From assembly GCF_009914755.1 (NCBI RefSeq), contig NC_060936.1: a stretch of 64,000 bases of DNA. One strand, 5' to 3'. Position numbers and translations under genes: made by a program. The DNA is from the human T2T-CHM13v2.0 reference genome, Homo sapiens. The notes under the pieces were generated by a model. That model searched no databases. It had not been told where the DNA came from and saw only the letters and a program-made list of their open reading frames with translations. Below are positions 10,871 through 24,927 of this stretch, in pieces (the stretch's first letter is position 1; each line of letters begins with the position of its first letter).

Positions 10871-13580
10871 CGACATCTTATCCTATGAAGCATATTGCTG
10901 AGTGGTGCCTGAAAATTGTGTCTGTCCGTGTCTTTCTCACACTCGAATCCACATCCTTTGAACAAGAGCATGCTATGTGTAGGGCTAATGGTGAATTTTA
11001 CAGTCTTTTTTTCAACACTTTTATTAACAAAAGTAAACATGGACAGAACACACTGCCATTTCTGGGAAGAGTAAAGATGATAAAAAATAATTTTAATGGT
11101 TCTTAATGTGGAAATTCACAACATACTCAACTTTTGGGTTTTGTTCTCACAGTATTTTTCACAAAAAAAGGGTAAACTTATTCTATTGACAGACATGGTG
11201 TACTGATCAGAAATGTTCAGTTTTAACTAAAACTAAATTTATGTTATTTGGCTAAATGTTATGATGCAGTCTAGTACGAGTATTGCATCTAATTCCAGGA
11301 GCATTGTTTTAAGTTGATTGACTAGTTATTATGTACATTTCAGAATGTACACATAAATACTGTGATGAAAATCATGTGATTGGGATCTACTGTGATGTTG
11401 TCTTCAAAGGCAGGAGAAAATAATGTTCACAATAAAATGTGCTAACAATGTTTTGTTTCTATCAGCTGTTGCAATGCTGATATATTTCTAGTTCAGTGAA
11501 ATAATTTGTAGTAACCTTACTCTGAGGTTTTACGGTCTGATAATGAAGCACTTGCATGAGTATAGTAAGTCATGTTTTTTTGTTCAAATTTAAAAGCCCT
11601 GCTAATTGCATGACACACCACATAGAATGTATACTAGCAGATACTATCCAGTGAAGCATAAATTAGAATTTAATTTGATGTTCAAAAACAGTTCCATTTT
11701 TAAGGGTTAAGGTGGTATTTTCAAGAAAAGGCAGAACAAATAATGCAAAATTCTCAGTAATAGTGATACATGGATATACTTCCTTTTAAATTCTCAGCTG
11801 CAAAATAATTGTAGACAAAATAATGGCATTTAACTAAAGATGGAGCATGATCTGTGTACATAGCACATGTGAATAAAAGAAAAGCTGACAGTATATTCTG
11901 GTTTCAATAAAATGACCTATCAGAAAGTAGAATTTCATCCCCAAGAGTATTTCAGTTTATCCAATATTGAGTAAGTTCTGAAACAGTTTTAGAAAAAATT
12001 TTCTTTTTGTTAAATGTGATGCACTGATCAATTTTTGTCACAGCATTTTCATACCTTCATGGTGGACTACTAGTCACTGCTTCCATAAATATTGTTTACA
12101 GGGTGAGATTTGGTTTATTCATCTTAAGTGCTGTAGCAAACTGTGGTTCGAGCAACCTGTGGGAAATCTGTGAGAGGGAATGGGGTGGGAGATGTGGGGG
12201 AATGGTGGTCAGACTGATGACAGATCCTAGACCAATGTAAAGAATGTGTATCTGTATATAAATAATTTATCAAATAGTTTTCTCTTTGTGTCTGTGTTAG
12301 TGTTTTTAAAGCTGCTCATTTCATTTTGTCCAACCAAAAAGAAAAGGGAGATAACTAATGAGCTTCTAGTGATGTTCAAAATTGCTGTTAATAGGCATTA
12401 TACCCTGCAAGTTCACTGCATGTCTGATGCTTGGTAAAACTAGTCTTCCCTGTAAAATGCAGATTACAGGTATTAAAGCAATCTAGTGGTATACCCGCCC
12501 CTTGCCTTAGTAAGAGGAGCAGTGAAATGTATATAGTTGATGTTCAGTATTTCCAAGTACCATTTTTATATAGTAGCTTATTTGACCATAAGTCACACAT
12601 CAAAAAAAGATTACCCTTAGTGTATGTGTTTTAATATTAGAAAATTGGCATATGTACTTTATTTTTGAAAAGGGAAGAGATGGGTGTGGGGTGGCAATAG
12701 CATTGTGCCATTTTGTCATAGAATGTAAAAATTGGTTAACTTTACAAATGTCAGCTAGTTTTGACTACTAATTGGGGGAAATTTTAGATAATTTTTAAAT
12801 TCAAAGTTATTTATAAAATGCTAGAATTTGTTTTAATTTTTTGTATTTTGAGCCACTTCACATGAAGACTCAGTTGCATTTTTATCGAATACATTTTTAT
12901 CAACAGTTAAAGACTATGGTGGTTTTTTCAGAGTTTGGCTAAGAATGTTGTTACCATCTTCTTTGTTTGTGGTACAATATTTTCAGTGCAAAAGAGATGT
13001 CATTCAGTTAAAAAGACAAACCTCTAGATGTGTAATTACATGGAAAATACTAGCAATGTGAATGCTTTTGTAGTAACCATCTTGTAGTACCTGTGAAATC
13101 TATAACTCAGAAATGGTCAGATGGTCAGGAGCCAGCTATGCAGCAGTATACCATCTGTTTAATTATTTTGTAGGTCCTGTGTGTGGAACCAACTATAAAC
13201 CCAGTTCTAAAGTTGTGTATGATGGTGAACCTTTGGGAATAGTTCTTATCAACTTAATTGGATACTTTTAGCAAATAGGAACTTAATTCTCAGCACTGAA
13301 CATGAATTACTTCCTTGGAGTTTTTTTCATTCATATTTTTGTTGTTTCCAGGAATTTATTTGATATTAATGGGCGTAAAACAGCATCATTGTACTTAAGC
13401 TATGGATGTTTTTATTTTATATTTTCTTTATTTATAACTGTGCCAAGTATTATTTTGCTACTTACCGTGTTATTCTGTGGAAAGAAAAACCTGTAAAGTG
13501 TTTAATAAATTAGCCCTCCTTACATAAATTAAATGTCAAAATTTTGTAAAATATTAATCAGAATAAATACTGACTCTTAA
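10871..13580 (+). other. ZDHHC17: ZDHHC17 3'UTR (~2.7 kb; end approximate)
   Basis: AU-rich stretch with no recognisable transposon after the stop codon. Ends after AATAAA at 13504 and 13562, followed by a GU-rich element. Confidence 0.8.
13562..13567 (+). terminator. Distal polyadenylation signal of ZDHHC17
   Basis: AATAAA followed ~15 nt later by GTGTGTGCTT. Further AATAAA hexamers lie at 11431, 11872, 11906 and 13504. Confidence 0.7.
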
Positions 13581-14679
13581 GTGTGTGCTTATGATTTCAC
13601 TCAATTTACTTCAGGAAATTGATGAAATGATAGTGGTACCTATGATATGAAAAGATTATACATTTATATCCTGGTTAACTAGGAGTCAAGTGGCATAAGA
13701 CTGTAGGAATTTGGAAAAATAAAAGATGGTGTTAGTATTCTAAAAAAAAAAAAAAAATTTCCAATCCTGTGTGTATGCATGTGTGTGTGTGTGTAATTTT
13801 TTTTTAAATAAAGATAATAAATTTTTTAAGAATTTTTGAATTCCATGTAGTTAATTAGGATCCTCAGGGACTGTATGAATCTCCAAGTTTTAAATATGTC
13901 TAAAGATACTAAAGAAAAATATTGCAAAATGTACTATATAAAGAAAAATACTGCAGAATGAAACCTACCAAACGTTGATCTCAGTTACTTGAGAAGATAT
14001 GCGTGGCAGAGAGAACTTCTTTATTTGGGACTTTAAAAGGCAAAAATTATTAAGGAACTGTTTCCTGTTGTTCCAGTGGTTGTTAATGGTTTGAGAACCC
14101 AGTGGTATTAAACAGGAATATTTTCAAATTGGACTAATACTCTATCCATAATTTTAGTCTGGAGTTCAAGTAACAATATCTTGAACAACTGTATAAAGTA
14201 AAGCCGCTAGTTTTCATTCCACCCAAGTATTTTCCTCCTCATTGTCTACTTTTTATCTCTCCTAGTCCTTGCTAGATTGATGTATCATACCTGATATGGA
14301 TGTCTGAGTCTAGGAGTTTTTAGACATAATTGGAAACAAGTGGTATATACCAGGACAGAAAATCTTAACATCTTGTCAGAAAGTAAAGTGCTTGTTATCA
14401 GAGTTTTCTATTAAATATATTTATGTGACTTAAAATAGAAAAAGTAGATTGAGCATTCAGAATATTCTTTGGTCTGTGTCAGCTAAGTCAGAAACTCAAG
14501 GAAACCAGGTATGCCTCTTAGAAAACTCTTGCCTTTGAATTGGATATGAATGTTTTACCCAGGTAAATTTTTGCTAAAACTGTCACTCATTTACTAGGAC
14601 TGACAAATATTTTTAATAGATGGCAATGTTTTTAGATTGTTTCCATTCAAAGCATCAGAAAGTCCCATTGTTGCTGCTG

Positions 14680-15830
14680 CTGCTTGGATCTGTAGGTTTA
14701 CAGTTTTCATCAAAATTTGGAAGATTTTCAGTTACTCTTTCTTCAATTATTTTTCCTCCCCTCCTTTCAGGAAACTCCCATTTCACATGTGTTAGGCCAC
14801 TTGAGATTGTCTTCCAACTCATTGATCGATCCTCCATTGGCTTTTAAGATTCTTTTTCCCAGTGTTTGTTTTAGATAGTTTGTCTTTAAGTTGACTATTT
14901 TTGTTTTTGTTTTTTTTTGCAATGTGTAGTCAATATCATTCAGTTTATTTTCATCTCATTTTGTTTTCACCTACAATGTTTGATTTGGACCTTTTAAAGT
15001 ATCTTCAATATCTTAACTTTTTGAAAACATGTAGTTCTAATAACTGTTTTAATGTCCCTACCTGCTAACGTTTACATTTGCCAGTTCTGAGTTAGTTTTG
15101 ATATTTTTTTCCTCATTCTTGCGTGCCTGGTAATTTTTTATTGGATGCCAAACACTATGAATTGGGTGCCTGATATTTTTGTGTTTCTATAAACTCTTGA
15201 GCTTTATTCAGGATGCAGTTAAGTTACTTGGAAACTTTGATCCTTTGAGGTCTTGCTTTTAAGATTTGTTAGGCAAGACCAAAGCATTGCTCTTACTGAG
15301 GTAAGAGCCTTCTCTGTACTCTATCCAAAACCGCAAGGAGTCATGTTTCCCAGTCTTGGTGGTGGAACAGGCACTATTCCTATTCCATGTGCGCACCAGA
15401 CACTGTTTGCTCCACGTCTTTTGGATGGCTCTTTCCCTGGCCTTAGTCACCTAACATGCATGTTCTATCAGAATTCAGCTGAAGACGTGCATGGTGGGGT
15501 GGTGTTCTGTATAATCCTAAAGTTTGCTCTCTCTAATCCTCTCCAGTCCTGCAAACTCTAGCCACCTGGATCTCCCTGGACTCTTAGCTCTGTCTTAACT
15601 TATGGTGGCTTCTAGCTCTACCTGTGTTCTTCTTCTTTGTACTACAGCCTAGAAGCTCAAAGCAGTAAGCTTTGGTAGTTGCTAAGACTGATCTCATTTT
15701 TCCCCCCATAAATTGCCTTTGTTGCCTATAATGTGCAGTGTCTTGAACATTTTTTCATGTAATTTGTCTTGTTTACAGTAAGACAATAAATCTGGTCCCT
15801 GTTACTACATTTTGGCTATAAGTGGAAGTC
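14680..15830 (-). mobile_element. Old L1M fragment (5'UTR/ORF1 region)
   Basis: T-rich sequence. The - strand translation contains an L1 ORF1-like segment (GKIIEERVTENLPNF). Boundaries approximate. Confidence 0.7.
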
Positions 15831-15849
15831 TGAATTAAAATTTTAAAAA

Positions 15850-15975
15850 TTTTGTTTAATTTCTAATACAAAATAATATTGATAGAGACAACTGTCATAA
15901 GCAAAAGCTCTTTGGAGTCCTCAATAATTTAAGAATATTAAGGGGTCCTGAGATCAAACTGTTTGGAAACCACAG
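15850..15975 (+). mobile_element. hAT-Charlie DNA transposon end (Charlie1-like)
   Basis: AAAGCTCTTTGGAGTCCTCAATAATTT...GGGGTCCTGAGA...GTTTGGAAACCAC resembles the recalled Charlie1 terminus. Confidence 0.6.
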
Positions 15976-16564
15976 GTTCAGAACATTTCCCAAGATGTTA
16001 ATGGTTCCATGGACAACTAATTCAGTGTAAGGCTCTCTTCAAATTAAAAGACTTCAACCATAGGCTCTCAAGGCCTTCAGTAGCTAGTGTGCAGTGTCAG
16101 CATACAGGTCTGTCTCATTTCTGTAACACTCCCTAAACTTACTTGATTGACAAGACTTTTTTGGCACTAGAGTTGCCAGCAGTCCTCCTTAAATATACCA
16201 AACCAATATAAGGGGGGTAGTTTTTAAAATACGTGTTTTGTGACATGCAGCACTTTAATACTGCATTCGGATTACTTTGGGGTTACTGACTTACATCCAA
16301 ATGACCAAGTGATTCCTCCCAAGTCTGGCCCAAAGCCAATTTCCTTTTTCTACTCCTGGAACCTCTGGAAACTAATCTCACAGTGTTGGAGTAGCTATTT
16401 TGCCATGGCTCTCAATCAAGAATGATTTAAAGTATGAATGGATATCTTGTTTTATTTTACCAGACAGAAATCTCAAATTACCAGTCACCTGGAAACTTCA
16501 TTTACATTGTTTTTCCTCTTGAATATCTACTAGCAACTCCAGTAGAGTTTGGGAAACATGGTAG

Positions 16565-17030
16565 GAATGCTAACAAACTACCCCAAACTTTGGTGGTCTA
16601 AAACATTTTTGTTCGTAGATCTGCAATTTGGTCAGGGCGTAACAGGAATAGCTCACTTTGCTCCACCTGGGATCAGCTGGGATGGCTCAAAGACCAGAGA
16701 CTAGAATAATCTGAAGGCTGCCTCACTCACATGCCTGATGGTTGATACTGGCTGTTGAATGAGCTCTCAGCTGAGGCCTTAGCTATAATGCCTACATGTG
16801 GTTTCCTCATGTAGTCAGGGCTTCCTCAGAACATGGTGGCTGAATTCCAAGAGTAAGCATCCTAAGAGGAAGAGGTGGGCAAAAGCTGTATTGTCTTTTC
16901 TAACCTAGCCTTATCCAAAATAATAAATACTAAGAATGAGTCACTAAGGTGGGCCTTTATTCAAAGAGAGGGGAATTAGACTATCATTTGATGGGAAGGT
17001 CAAAGAATTTGTGGACATGTTCTACCACAT
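16565..17030 (-). mobile_element. MLT1-family MaLR LTR
   Basis: Typical MLT1 motifs (AACAAACTACCCCAAACTT, CTCACTCACATGCCTG, GGGCTTCCTCAGAACATGGTGGCTG). Confidence 0.7.
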
Positions 17031-17277
17031 ACAGAATCAGAAGTTATTCCATAACTTCTCTCCTTCAGCCTCTTTGATTGCCAATTATTTCCTAGACTGC
17101 TTAACTACCTCTCCTGCCCCACCATGATGGAACTGGTATGCCTCATAAAACACCTGAAGTTGCTCAAGGCTATGATGTGAAATAAGCACCCAGTACACCC
17201 TCCACCAACTTCCTCCCACTTTGTTTCTGCTTATTTTTTTTGATGTCGTACATACCATATCCCCTTTAGCTTTTTCA

Positions 17278-17574
<297 letters not shown>

Positions 17575-18055
17575 ACACAGTATAGTATGTTAAAATGAAC
17601 CTTGGAAAAGATTAAGATATGTTCACGGGCTGGTTCAATTTTACTAATACACATTACAGACCTATTACACCCTGCTCCTGGGGGTGAGGGAGTTGGATTG
17701 AATCTCTAGTAAAGAACTAAACTTTCTGGGGGAATAATGAAACCATACCTTATAAAGTCTAATGCTCCTCTTCTACCTAAGCCAGCTGAATGTGCCCAGA
17801 CAATGCAACATTCTTTGCTACTTATACAGAATCAAAATGTGTGAAACACCCCAGTTTCCAGGACTTAGTAGGTCACCATCTATTAGATCACAGTGTAGAG
17901 TCTTTAAAAAGAATCATACTAAGTCTCTGATTCTATAATTGCCCATAGGTGTTTGTTTGTACTGAATTTTAGGTATAATCAAAAGAACTTAAGAGTACGG
18001 TGGGGAGGGAAAGGAGGAGATGCTGCACTGCTGAACACCAGCTTTGAGGAGCTGA

Positions 18056-18393
<338 letters not shown>

Positions 18394-18597
18394 TGCAACC
18401 TTTACTCTTAAGGCACACTTGCCTGCTTGAAAGAGAGATCCTTTTCAACAGCTGTAATGCAAACATGAACCTAGTGAGTCAGCTGGGTAATGGGGTAACA
18501 AAGGTAGGGAACCAAATGACTTTCCACTAACTGAAATCAGAGCATCTCCTCCAAAAGATTAATTAAAAGACAATGAACACCCAAATCAAGCTGAAGT

Positions 18598-18603
18598 TTT
18601 ATT
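18598..18603 (-). terminator. CSRP2 polyadenylation signal
   Basis: TTTATT on + equals AATAAA on -, 220 nt after the stop codon, followed on - by GU-rich GGGTGTTCATTGTCTTTT. Confidence 0.85.
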
Positions 18604-18822
18604 TAAAATGTAAAAGAAATGTTCCCCCAAAATGCTGGTGAATAAAGCAAAAGGATACCATACAGTGCTCTCTTCCTACGAGTTAGCCAGCCTATCCAAG
18701 TACAGGGCGATATACAGTACTTAATGCTGGTAGAATTTCACAGTAGTTTAGTGTTAAAGATTATCTGTGCCTAGATTATGAAGAGATTCTCAGTGTGTGA
18801 TGTTTAGTTCAGGGTTTACATC

Positions 18823-18899
18823 TTACTGGGCATGAACAAGAGCCCCTGCTCCTTGGCCATAGCCAAATCCCTTGGGCCCAAAGTTCTTTGCATAGCATC
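18823..18899 (-). CDS. CSRP2: CSRP2 exon 6 coding part (Gly-rich repeat 2 and stop)
   Basis: tttgtag|GA TGC...CAG TAA; (G)[24 protein letters not shown]. Confidence 0.98.
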
Positions 18900-19417
18900 C
18901 TACAAAGGAAAGGGAGGAAGGATAGTTAGTGCAAGTCCATTAAGCTTTGCTAGCACTGCTTAAGACCCACTCAACAAACCCCCATAAATTAAACTGCTGT
19001 GTAAAAGAGCTCAACTTATTTAAGATGTTAAATGTGTCATGTACTAAATATCTTAAAGCTGCAAAGACAAGTCCACACATTCTGGCCCTATAGTGTTCAG
19101 CGTGGTCCTGCTGAGTTGCAAGCATGAGTCAGGCCAGGTAAGGTATGTATTTGTCTGTTTTCTTCCATATACTTACGCTTTGCTCAAGACATGAAGGCAA
19201 AAGATGGCTATTTGTGGTGTTTTTATCTGGTGGGGAGTTTTAAATGATCAGGAACTTAACTGTGGTTCTCTGTCATCTATAAGCATCTTGGGATATTTTA
19301 TTTTCAGAAAATAGTGGCATACTTTTCTTTTTTTTTTTTTAATGCCAGTGACATTTCATTAAACAAGAACCAGTGTGGAATATTCATATGGACAGCAGTA
19401 ACTGAAATGAATTTTAC

Positions 19418-19511
19418 CTTTACAATAGATTTCACCTTCTTTTTCAGTCAGAGTTGTTGATTCAAGACTCTTCCCACACTTTGCACATCGGAAACAGTTT
19501 TTGTGCCAGGG
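19418..19511 (-). CDS. CSRP2: CSRP2 exon 5 (LIM2)
   Basis: cttccag|CCC...AAAG|gtaaaa; 94 nt; [31 protein letters not shown](G). Confidence 0.98.
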
Positions 19512-20154
19512 CTGGAAGAGATGAATGTGTCAGCATGTTTGAGAGGCCTGTTTCCTACAGTTCAATTTAGATGTATGGCAAGAAGTGGCTCAGGATGATC
19601 ATCTCAAAGCAAGCTCCTGACTTCTGTGGTTCAGCTCCAATTAGAAGGCTGAAACCAGTCCTCAGTATCTGCACTCTTGATCACCCACAGAAAGGCTGTT
19701 TCCCTAAGAGCAGCCTCAGTCCTAACCACAAGCCCAGTCTGCTCCTTTAAAGAGACCATCTTTTTTCTGGCCAAGAACAGCGCAGCTCAAAGAGGTTAGC
19801 TGGTAACTTTTCCAAATCCACACACTGAATTCGCATCAGGTGTCCTGACTCGGATTCCTGCTTTTTTCACTATACTGAATAACCTGGAGATTCCCTTACA
19901 GTCTGGCCTTTTAAAGTTTAACCTTCAGGAGTGCCCCCTATGAAAACAAGTTCTTTTAAACAGAAAAATGACTTGTCAAATAAGGGAATCACTTCAAAAA
20001 AGTTAATGATTCTGATGGAAATGCATTTAAAGAAAAGTTTCATATAAGACAGTGATTTGTAAGACATCACCCAAGCAAGGAATGTGGAAGGGTTAGGGGA
20101 GAAAGGGAGCAGAGAGAAGTCATTTGCTGTTATTAATTCCAAATAGCACTTTAC

Positions 20155-20284
20155 CTTTCCAGCTCCAATTATCTTCTCGGCAGCATATACAGAATCCCCA
20201 CATCTGGAACACTTCTCAGCACCTCCATATTTCTGAGCAAATTTAGAAGTGTTTGGATTTGTTGTAGGCCTGTGAGGCTGAACA
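20155..20284 (-). CDS. CSRP2: CSRP2 exon 4 (linker and start of LIM2)
   Basis: ttcacaag|T GTT...AAG|gtaaag; 130 nt; (S)[43 protein letters not shown]. Confidence 0.98.
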
Positions 20285-21132
20285 CTTGTGAAAAGAGGAA
20301 AAAAAAGTAGGCAAGAGTTTCCACAGGGCCCTTTTAAGTACACAAGGCAGGAACAATAGAACTCTGGGACTTAACCGCTACACTGCCTCAAAGCTGGAAG
20401 CCTTTGCAGGCCAGCACAGGGGAGGGAATAAAGAAGAAGTGACTCAGGTGCCAGCCAGAGTTACTACTTGAACCTATCTATGGGCTCATTATTATTTCAA
20501 AAAACCAGATAGGGACCCAAACGTAAAGATCTGTCCCTCTGAGTCTAAACAGAATTCATTTACTCCTCAGTGTTGGCCTCTCCACTAAGCAATTATGTTA
20601 TGGTTTATAAAAACTTACCAGAGCATATATTTTTACTCCAGAATAATATCACTGGAATCATACCTAGCTTTTTACTTCACAGGAGTCGGAAAAACCACTA
20701 TTAAGTAGTTTAAAAATTCCACAAATAGGTAAGTTAACTTTGGTCTGTAACTAAGAAATTTAAGCATGTTTTATAGATTACTTAGTCTCCCAGTATATCT
20801 TGAATAAAGGAAAGTGTGAATAGCCAACTTTCTTCATGGAAAAATATTTTATAAATTTTGATTATTACTATGCAATCTGTTTATCTTTCATTTTTCTCTG
20901 GTAAGGGTGGTATTTTTGTCACTATTTACAGATCACTGAGTAAACCATATTTCTTGCTATCAGTAGGAACTGTTTCCATTCAGTAAGGTGTACCTAGTAT
21001 GTGCAGAACATTCTCGGGCTTTGAGAAGACTTTTTTTTTTTTAAGCCCTCTTAGAACCTTATAAATTAGCTGAGCAGATAAAATGATAGCACTCCACAAC
21101 TGTTAATTTTTCCTACTGGAAAAACAATGTCT

Positions 21133-21255
21133 TCCTAGCACTTTGGGAGGCCAATGTGGAAGGATAACTTGAACTCAGGAGTTCGAGGCCAGCCTAGGCA
21201 ACATAGCAAGACCCTGTCTATATATATATATATATTTTTTTTTTTTTTAAAAAAA
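21133..21255 (+). mobile_element. Alu monomer (FLAM-like) with (TA)8-T14-A7 tail
   Basis: Left-monomer sequence followed by a composite simple repeat. Confidence 0.8.
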
Positions 21256-22124
21256 GGAGGGTTCACTGGTCTTTGTGCTTTAAAACTATGGCCATAGTCA
21301 CTGACTTACTTTTGGGGTCATGGATAAATCTGGTTTGGATTGAGGGAGATGCAGGTTGAGTGAGGGGATATGGATTTTGAAAGGTTTTCAACAAAACCTT
21401 TAAAACACAAAAATAGATGTAACAAGATGGAAAAGGAGAGCAGAACAAGTAAAATAAATTTTAACAAAGATAAAAAGGTAAGCTGGGCATCATGGCCCAG
21501 AAACTCTGAGGGTGGAAGAAGCTCAAAGAACACAGAGGTGAGCCTCAATGTAGTACATACTGCAGTAGGAAGAGAACAGATTTTGGAACCAAATGGACAT
21601 TGATTCAAATCCTGGCTCCCTCACTTATTTGTGTGACCCGACTCTTAGTGTCGTCATCTATAAACGGACAAAGTATACCTCAGAGTTACTCTAAGGATTA
21701 TACAGAATGAAGATAAATGTTCAACAGACAACAGGGACTCAATACATGGTAATTATTATTTTAGCCAAGCCAAGCACCACGTTTCATTCAGGTCATAAGG
21801 TTTGGAGTTAGACTAGGTTAAGTTCTAGGCTCTACAATTAACTAACAGTGTGACTTTGGGCAAAGTTTTTACTTAATTTTTCTTGTCTTCATCTGTTCTG
21901 AAGAAAGAGAGGAAGCCCTATGTTGTAGGACTGTTGTGAGGATTACACGAGTTAACATATGCTAATGCTGCACGGTGGCTGGCATGGTTTATGGTCTTGT
22001 CCAAAGGCCATTTTGTTGGACTATTACACCAATTTTGGACTTCTCAATATAAAATGGATGTGAAAATGTGAAGTTCAAATAGTGGAATCACTGGGTTAAA
22101 AGTAGGAGTTAGGAGGAAATTCCA

Positions 22125-22457
<333 letters not shown>

Positions 22458-23042
22458 TTAACCTGAATATGAAATACTAAGTGAACTTTCACAAATTTAG
22501 CACCTTGATACGTTGGCAACAAAGCCTTTAAAGTTTAACACTACTCTCTCAAAGAATCAAAAACAAGAAGTAATTTCCATTTTTAAGTAAAAAATTTTAA
22601 GTTAGAGAAAAGTGATTTCTTGATGAAAAATGTTTACATAGAAGGAGTGACTTAGGAATTTTCATTGGCTGCTTACATTGCACATGAGAAACACCTCTCA
22701 TGATTCACACAGCACATTTCTCTACCATTTAATTTCATGACATCCGGTCTCCAAGGTGCTGTGAAATGGAAGTAAATACAAATCACTTGCTTTTGAGAAC
22801 ACGACTCCTTGATACAGCTTGGAATGCTATAAAGCCAGAAGTAGAAATCACTGGAATTATTAATAAGAACTTTGTTAGGTCCAAAACTCAATATTTTGAA
22901 CTAGTTGACATTAGAAAATCAGAGTCCCATTTTATTTGCTTAGTTTCAACTAAAAATCTGGAGACTGCCAGGTTCCTGTTCAGCAAGCGGCACTAACTGT
23001 CGCAACTCATTTCTGAAGGTAACCAACGGTCTCCCAACTCAC

Positions 23043-23211
23043 CTCTCTGGTTTGATGCCCAGCCTCTCGCCACGGTCCATGTTAAGCGTGCCAGCGCCCT
23101 GGCCATAACCGTAGCCTTTTGGCCCATACTTCTTTCCGTAGCAGGATTTGCAGTAGATCTCTTCATCGTGAATTGCCACTGTTGTGCTATCTAAATTTTT
23201 CCTGCAAACCA
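23043..23211 (-). CDS. CSRP2: CSRP2 exon 3 (end of LIM1, Gly-rich repeat 1)
   Basis: cctgcag|TG GTT...GAG AG|gtgagt; 169 nt; (M)[55 protein letters not shown](S). Confidence 0.98.
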
Positions 23212-24167
23212 CTGCAGGGGAAAAAGTTAGACTTTACACATGTTCCAAAGATGCCTTTTTCCTTAGAACAATGGTGGCACAGACACATGGCCTACAAATG
23301 GTGAAGGCTGAGGCTCCCTCACATTCCTGGTTTATCCTGTGGCTTCCCAAAAGCCATGAGACAGCATCTGGACTGGCCAGCTACATTCGAGGATTATTTA
23401 CATTCCTCCATGGATATGACAGTTGCTTCAGAAATGTATCAGAATATAACATCCAGAAGCCTCAAGCTTTATTTTTAGTTTGTTTCGTTTATTTTTTATT
23501 CCCTTTCCTATGGTGCTGATCAAACTCTTACTATGATTTCCCTTTCTGGGAGATCATATTAAGGGAGAAAAGTTTCAAAGGTGGCTATAAAAATGCTTAA
23601 ACAAAAGGAATAAAACACCACCTTGCTCCCAACCCTCAACACTCTTAATCTTTTCAGCCTTCTCTTAACCAAGTACTGTTAAATCACAACCTAACACAGA
23701 ACAGAAGGGAAGCTCAGTGCCTTCGGGGACTTGCCTCTGTAGCCTTTCCTCCCCCAAAAGCACCTCCTGGGATAATAATAGTTTTAAATCCTGAATTCTA
23801 GTTTTCATCACTAGTCTAGACTGGGAAGTATCACACTTTCCTCTCCCCAGCAGCTTCTCCAGCAGTGATGAGTCTGCCTGAAAATCGTCAAGTGCTTTAA
23901 AGTCTGCATTTGTTTTCCCTTCTGTCCCAAAGGAGAATGCATTCTTTCTTGATGGATCTCTTGCCACAGGACATTTCCACATGTCCCACTTCATAAAACT
24001 GCCAAATGTCATCGAGTTTCATCCAGACATTATTTCATTTTCTAAAACTTCAATTAAGCTTGAGAAAAAAGTAAATTGTGAGGAAACTCACTGGTAGCAC
24101 AATCTGGCAGCTGGAAATCAAAGATCAGAATTTCTTCCCCTTATTTAAAAGACAATTGTATGATGAT

Positions 24168-24508
24168 TCAGAGTAGAATGATGGTTACCAGAAGCTCGGA
24201 AGGGTAGGGTGTCGGGAAGGAAGTGAGGAGAGTTAATGGGTGTAAAAATATAGTTAGAATGAATAAGATCTAGTATTTGATAGCACAACAGGATGATTAC
24301 TGTCAACAATCATTGTACATTTAAAAATAAGACAGTATTAACTGGAATGTTGGTAACAAAAAAATAATAAATGCTTGAGGTAATGGATACCCCATTTAAG
24401 ATGATGTGATTAACATACATTGTATGCCTGTAGCAAAACATCTCATGTACCCCATAAATATATATACCTACTATGTACCCATAAAAATTAAAAGTAAGAA
24501 AAATAAAA
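24168..24508 (+). mobile_element. L1MA-type 3' end fragment
   Basis: GAGTAGAATGATGGTTACCAGA...CTCATGTACCCCATAAATATATATACCTACTATGTACCC plus A-rich tail. Confidence 0.88.
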
Positions 24509-24927
24509 GGGGGGGGTTGAATAAAAAGGAAGGAGGACAAAAGGAAGGACAGCAAAGAGGAGGGGAGGGAAGCAGGACTAGCTGGCTGGTTTAAAATTTA
24601 GTCTATTATCTTAAACTAAAGTCTTCTATGGTAGAATGAAATGGCATCTACTCTGGAATCTAACTGTTGAGGCTCAAGTGCTGAAATACATGTGCCTAAA
24701 GATAACTATATCTTAAACCATAGTTAACCTAACACCATGCACTGCTGAAGGACAACTACCCTTAACAGAGAGAATAAATGTAAATACTGTTTTGAAAAAC
24801 CTGTATGAACCAAAACAAGTGTAGGTATATGAAAGTGTTACTATATAACCACCCCTTTCTTCCCCAGTCCTCATGCTGTTCTCTGCAGTAAAATTCTCAT
24901 AGGTCTGCAAACTACTCTGAATTATTT

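Noticed and set aside
10591-11040. 149-aa antisense ORF over the last ZDHHC17 exon
   Set aside because: No domain, promoter or splice support; consistent with a shadow ORF.
19918-20343. 141-aa ORF with a partial LIM motif, as a separate gene
   Set aside because: It is CSRP2 exon 4 read through into flanking introns.
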